Shown piece by piece: positions 56,101 through 59,564 of a stretch of DNA of 59,564 nucleotides. The position numbers were made by a program, and so were the translations under genes. The stretch is from positions 1 to 59,564 of IMG/VR virus record IMGVR_UViG_3300032313_000319; one strand, given 5' to 3'. This DNA is from a virus (Duplodnaviria; Caudoviricetes). Positions within the stretch are counted from its first letter, which is position 1, and each line of letters opens with the position of its first letter. Under the pieces are notes generated by a model. The model ran no database searches, had not been told where the DNA came from, and saw only the letters and a list, made by a program, of their open reading frames with translations.

Positions 56101-57093
56101 ATGGCACACGAACTAGAAACCGTAAACGGACAGACCGCTTTTGCTTCTTTGCGTGAACCTGCTTGGCATGGACTTGGAACCGTCTTCACTGAGGAAGTTT
56201 CCACAGCCGAAATGCTAAAGTTGGCACACCTAGACAATTGGAATGTCCGTCTTGAAGATGTAGCAATTCCAGAAGGCTTTGCCTCTGACCGTTCATTCTC
56301 TTTTGTTACCAGAACCAACCCATTCAACTCAGAACAGAATGATGTTCTTGGTGTTGTTGGTGAGCGTTATGTTCCGCTTCAGAATGAAGACCTATTTGAC
56401 TTTGGTGACCTAATGCTAGACGGCGGTGGTCGCTGGGAAACTGCTGGCTCTATCAAGGGTGGCAGACAAGTCTTTGGTTCTCTTGCTCTTGAGCGTGAAA
56501 CCGTTCTTGACCCTAATGGCGTGTCTGACAAGGTAAACACCTATCTTCTAATCAACACCTCTCATGACGGCTCAGTTGCTATTCAGGCTTCAATCACACC
56601 TGTGCGTGTTGTTTGTGCTAACACCTTGAACCTAGCCCTAAAGGGTAAGGCTAAGCAGTCTTTCAAGATTCGCCACACCTCTACCGCTTCTGGCAAGGTT
56701 GCTCAGGCTAGAGAGGCTCTTGGCTTGGCTAACCTATATATGAATGAGTTTGACAAAATGGCTCAGGAAATGATTAGCAAGGAAATCAACAAGGCTAAGT
56801 TTGATGAGATTGTTGCTCTTGCTTACCCTGCCCCTGAGAAAGACGCTAAGGGTTCATTCAAGAAATACAACGATAAGATTGACTTGATTCAGTCTATCTA
56901 TGTAGGTGACTACAACAAGACCATTGCTGGAACTGCTTGGGGTGCTTTCAATGCTCTGACTGAGCGTTTGGATTGGTATCGCTCTGGGCGTGGTGGTGAC
57001 AACGAGAGTATTCTCGCTGCTGCTTCTGGCTTTGACCCTGTGACTACTGCTGAGAAGAACCGCTTGCTTCAGTTGGTATTGGCTAACGCCTAG
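56101..57093 (+). CDS. DUF932 / TIGR03299-like phage-plasmid protein
   Basis: PAWHGLG, LGVVGERY.P.QN, ETAGS..GGR.VF, YLL..TSHDGS, TPVRVVCANTL, RHT, GTAWGAFNA.TE. Confidence 0.85.
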   Translation: MAHELETVNGQTAFASLREPAWHGLGTVFTEEVSTAEMLKLAHLDNWNVRLEDVAIPEGFASDRSFSFVTRTNPFNSEQNDVLGVVGERYVPLQNEDLFDFGDLMLDGGGRWETAGSIKGGRQVFGSLALERETVLDPNGVSDKVNTYLLINTSHDGSVAIQASITPVRVVCANTLNLALKGKAKQSFKIRHTSTASGKVAQAREALGLANLYMNEFDKMAQEMISKEINKAKFDEIVALAYPAPEKDAKGSFKKYNDKIDLIQSIYVGDYNKTIAGTAWGAFNALTERLDWYRSGRGGDNESILAAASGFDPVTTAEKNRLLQLVLANA

Positions 57094-57277
57094 TCTATTC
57101 CTTCCTGGGTATGAAGTAAAACTGCCCAACAAACATATTCCAAGATCGTTATGGGCCTCGGGCCATAACTACTTAGACAAATACATTTACGAAACTAATT
57201 AAGAAACCCCCAAATTGTTTCCCTAAAATGTCTGACCCCCACCCTATACTTGTAAGCAAGTAGGAAAGGAAGGCAAA

Positions 57278-57469
57278 GTGCCTAGATTTTACATTCAAAT
57301 GAAAGTTGATTTTGCTGGAGAGATTGAGGCAGACTCAAAGGAACACGCTGAGGAATTGGCTTGGACATCTTGGGGTGACACAACAGGAGACGCTATCTCT
57401 TATGACGGTGTTTACTCTATTGATGTTGAGGAACTAGATGAGGAAGATGAGGATGAAGATGACGAGTAA
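57278..57469 (+). CDS. Small acidic protein
   Basis: AAGGAAGG SD; EIEADSKEHAEELA; poly-D/E tail. Confidence 0.7.
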   Translation: MPRFYIQMKVDFAGEIEADSKEHAEELAWTSWGDTTGDAISYDGVYSIDVEELDEEDEDEDDE

Positions 57470-57563
57470 CACTTGGGAACCAACTCCAGGAGGAGTATGG
57501 GATTCTTTCTTTCGTGAGATAGGCTTTGATAACGGAGATAGTGAGGAAGACGAAGATGAGTGA
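57459..57563 (+). CDS. 34-aa acidic peptide
   Basis: GAGGA SD inside the previous acidic tail. Confidence 0.5.
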   Translation: MTSNTWEPTPGGVWDSFFREIGFDNGDSEEDEDE

Positions 57564-57684
57564 TACCTTTACCATTGAAAGACCTGAATACCTTTCGGAT
57601 TCAGCTTGGGAAGCTCTATGCGAAGCTGTTGAGCGTTATGTAGAAGAGTGGGAAGAGTGGGAGGATGAAGATGACGATGACTAA
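57556..57684 (+). CDS. 42-aa acidic peptide
   Basis: Coupled; ends EEWEEWEDEDDDD. Confidence 0.55.
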   Translation: MSDTFTIERPEYLSDSAWEALCEAVERYVEEWEEWEDEDDDD

Positions 57685-57853
57685 GTCTTGGTATGATGAC
57701 CTACCAACTTACGGTGACGGTACTATCTATCTTATGAAGATAAAGGGTGACCCTTATGACAAGTATAGGTGTATGGGGTGTTATAAGACTTGGCTATCTA
57801 CCGCCAAGAAAATGGGACACAAGGAAGCTGCTTGTAGGAGGCAACGAGGATAA
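57665..57853 (+). CDS. Small protein with C2H-C Zn-finger-like motif
   Basis: YRCMGC...H...C; start uncertain. Confidence 0.55.
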   Translation: MKMTMTKSWYDDLPTYGDGTIYLMKIKGDPYDKYRCMGCYKTWLSTAKKMGHKEAACRRQRG

Positions 57854-58254
57854 TGTCATACCCTAATGCTATAGTGGACACTATGAATGAGACTATTGTA
57901 TGCCCCAACCACAATGGCAGTTTTGACTGCAACCCCTTTTGCCGTATCTGTGAGGGTAATCAAGAAACTACCCTTACCAACCTAATAGAACAAGCAAGCA
58001 CTGTTGCTTATGACGGTTGCCACAAAATCTATCTCAATATGGATAGTGTCCAGACTGATAAGATGATTAGTTATGGCTATTCAAATATCGTTGGTGGAAC
58101 TGCTTGGGAAAAGGAATATGCCGTATGGAATTGGTATGAAGATTCCTGTGGGCTAAGATTCATTGACGCTGTATTCACTAATGACGATGACACTGATAAG
58201 TTTGTTATTGTTGTTCCACAATTCTTTGGAGAGGATGAAGATGTTACCGATTGA
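57853..58254 (+). CDS. Hypothetical Cys-containing protein
   Basis: CPNH.GSFDC.PFC.IC; DGCHKIY; SCGLRFI. Confidence 0.7.
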   Translation: MSYPNAIVDTMNETIVCPNHNGSFDCNPFCRICEGNQETTLTNLIEQASTVAYDGCHKIYLNMDSVQTDKMISYGYSNIVGGTAWEKEYAVWNWYEDSCGLRFIDAVFTNDDDTDKFVIVVPQFFGEDEDVTD

Positions 58255-58363
58255 GGACTACCGCAAACTACTAGACGCAATAATGTCAGAGGGTCTTGAT
58301 AAAATAGACTCACTATCAGATGAATCACTTAGACAACTAATGCTACTAGTAGGAGAGAAATGA
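58241..58363 (+). CDS. Small hypothetical protein (about 40 aa)
   Basis: Probable start MLPIED after GAGGA; contains promoter 58284. Confidence 0.45.
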   Translation: MLPIEDYRKLLDAIMSEGLDKIDSLSDESLRQLMLLVGEK

Positions 58364-58494
58364 AGCAGTATCTAGTTACTTATGTTTGTGAGTATGAGGT
58401 TGAAGCCTTGGATGAAGACGAGGCTATTGACATTGCACTAGAGTATCACGCAGAACTACCTGACGGAGTATGGGAGGCAACCCTTGTTGACTAA
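58360..58494 (+). CDS. 44-aa acidic protein
   Basis: AGGAG SD; YEVEALDEDEAIDIA similar to 57278. Confidence 0.6.
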   Translation: MKQYLVTYVCEYEVEALDEDEAIDIALEYHAELPDGVWEATLVD

Positions 58495-58684
58495 GACTAA
58501 TCAGGAAATCATTGACTATCTAATTGCTGACACTCACGAACTCATTGGAACCAGGGAGCACTTTGTTACTGATGACCTTGATGGTTTCTATGACTACCTC
58601 TCAGGAATCATTGAACGAAGCCAGACTATCCTAAGAATGATGGGTGTGCCAGAAGACCAGATTCCACAGAACGGAGATTGCTAA
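58484..58684 (+). CDS. Hypothetical protein
   Basis: GGAGG SD, TTG start. Confidence 0.6.
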   Translation: MLTKTNQEIIDYLIADTHELIGTREHFVTDDLDGFYDYLSGIIERSQTILRMMGVPEDQIPQNGDC

Positions 58685-58854
58685 TGGCTATCTCAGAGAT
58701 GGAGCAGATTGGCTATGAGGCAGGTATGGAAGATGGACTTGCCTATGCCATCAAAACAATTGAAAGTGCTATGGATAATCCAGCACTAGACATCTTGACA
58801 CCAAGACAGGTTCTTGGTATCCTAGTATCAACCCTAAAAATGAAAGAGGACTAA
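58684..58854 (+). CDS. Microprotein (56 aa)
   Basis: GGAG SD, TAATG coupling. Confidence 0.6.
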   Translation: MAISEMEQIGYEAGMEDGLAYAIKTIESAMDNPALDILTPRQVLGILVSTLKMKED

Positions 58855-59088
58855 ATGGCTTGGGTAACTAATGACGGTGAATACAACGGAACTTCTTTGG
58901 TTATTGAGTTTGACTATGATGACCTTACCCCTGACCAGTGGACTAGGTTAGAGGAGATGTCAGACTCTAACAGGTATGACTATGTGAAAGCCATTCTTGA
59001 CAAGCACAACCTCAATGTTTGTGAGATTGAGATGGAAGAGTTTGGTGTTGAGTATGGACTAGAAGACCTGGATTGGGTGGATGAGTAA
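58855..59088 (+). CDS. Acidic hypothetical protein
   Basis: GAGGA SD, 77 aa. Confidence 0.65.
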   Translation: MAWVTNDGEYNGTSLVIEFDYDDLTPDQWTRLEEMSDSNRYDYVKAILDKHNLNVCEIEMEEFGVEYGLEDLDWVDE

Positions 59089-59159
59089 TCATCCCCCTTT
59101 TTGGGCTCGGGTCTATGTTATGTAAACCTATTACTCATAAAAAAGGAATTACGAACTCC

Positions 59160-59188
59160 TTGACTTTTTCCCCAGAATCTGAGATAAT
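59160..59188 (+). promoter_or_regulatory. SigmaA-type promoter
   Basis: TTGACT-17-GATAAT with extended TG. Confidence 0.5.
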
Positions 59189-59212
59189 TGAGTATCAAGA
59201 AAGTAGGAATTC

Positions 59213-59311
59213 ATGAAGTGCTATGAATGCGAAGCACCAATAGTAGACGGTAACTTTTACTATTCATTTGAAGACACCAATGAAATTTGCCCTAAGTGTT
59301 ATGGAGAATAA
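59213..59311 (+). CDS. 32-aa Zn-finger-like peptide
   Basis: CYEC...CPKC; AGGA SD. Confidence 0.55.
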   Translation: MKCYECEAPIVDGNFYYSFEDTNEICPKCYGE

Positions 59312-59547
59312 TGCAAGTATATGCAGATAAGAGACCATCAGTAAATTCAACCACATGGACCAGGATCTTCCACAGTGGCAATGCAGAGGTACATGAGTCA
59401 GATCTCTATTACGATTACTATAGAGTTATTATGAAGGATGGATCTGCACCCCCGAAACTTTTCTTTGGAGAGTCTGCATGGATGAATTGCCAACGATATG
59501 TAGTTGACAAGATTGGCATGCAGGGGTATAATGTATTTAGTAAGTAA
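59311..59547 (+). CDS. Hypothetical protein
   Basis: TAATG coupling; KLFFGESAW motif. Confidence 0.6.
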   Translation: MQVYADKRPSVNSTTWTRIFHSGNAEVHESDLYYDYYRVIMKDGSAPPKLFFGESAWMNCQRYVVDKIGMQGYNVFSK

Positions 59548-59564
59548 CCCCTAGTAGAAAGTAA

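Larger units (their letters stand above)
48827..58305 (+). promoter_or_regulatory. Array of 17 early promoters, (AAAA)TGTCnn-N10-TAnnnT
   Basis: TGTC starts at 48827, 49404 (imperfect -10), 49638, 50122, 50385, 51096, 51365, 51640, 52161, 52728, 53740, 53912, 54934, 55241, 56043, 57229, 58284; each precedes a gene start. Confidence 0.85.
49341..59111. repeat. Dispersed intergenic repeat with CTCGGG core (consensus about GG(G/C)CTCGGG(GG)CCC), 10 copies
   Basis: Core at 49341, 50004, 50990, 51568, 52679 (rev), 53691 (rev), 54548, 55979, 57157, 59106; all intergenic. Confidence 0.85.

Noticed and set aside
49305-59190. CRISPR array or integron attC array
   Set aside because: Repeats are short, degenerate, irregularly spaced and separated by whole genes; no cas or integrase; no attC RYYYAAC/GTTRRRY box structure
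48700-59564. LexA SOS boxes accompanying the damage-type promoters
   Set aside because: No actinobacterial CGAAC-N4-GTTCG palindromes noticed in the spacers

Overview
Segment of a large tailed dsDNA phage (siphovirus-like, roughly 40% GC by eye). The host is very probably actinobacterial, inferred from leaderless genes and actinobacterial-type regulatory motifs. 1-46.3 kb is a mostly minus-strand late/virion region: a large tail protein (truncated), a 2761-aa tape measure with an embedded kinase-like cargo domain, duplicated tail chaperones, major tail, head-tail, capsid, protease/scaffold, portal and several fibres. It also holds two parallel cassettes pairing a Pro-rich surface protein with 2OG-Fe(II) oxygenases, plus two secreted cell-wall hydrolases. 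46.3-48.6 kb holds plus-strand modification genes. 48.7-59.6 kb is a plus-strand early region of tiny genes separated by modular spacers. These spacers carry 17 promoter copies of the TGTCnn-N10-TAnnnT form (16 exact; actinobacterial PafBC/RecA-NDp geometry), tandem NrdR-like boxes, MtrA/GlnR-like direct repeats, WhiA-like GACAC motifs, an unknown CTCGGG element, anti-SD-loop hairpins and a covarying pseudoknot. No terminase, integrase, tRNA or CRISPR was recognised. All family assignments come from motif recognition, not database searches.
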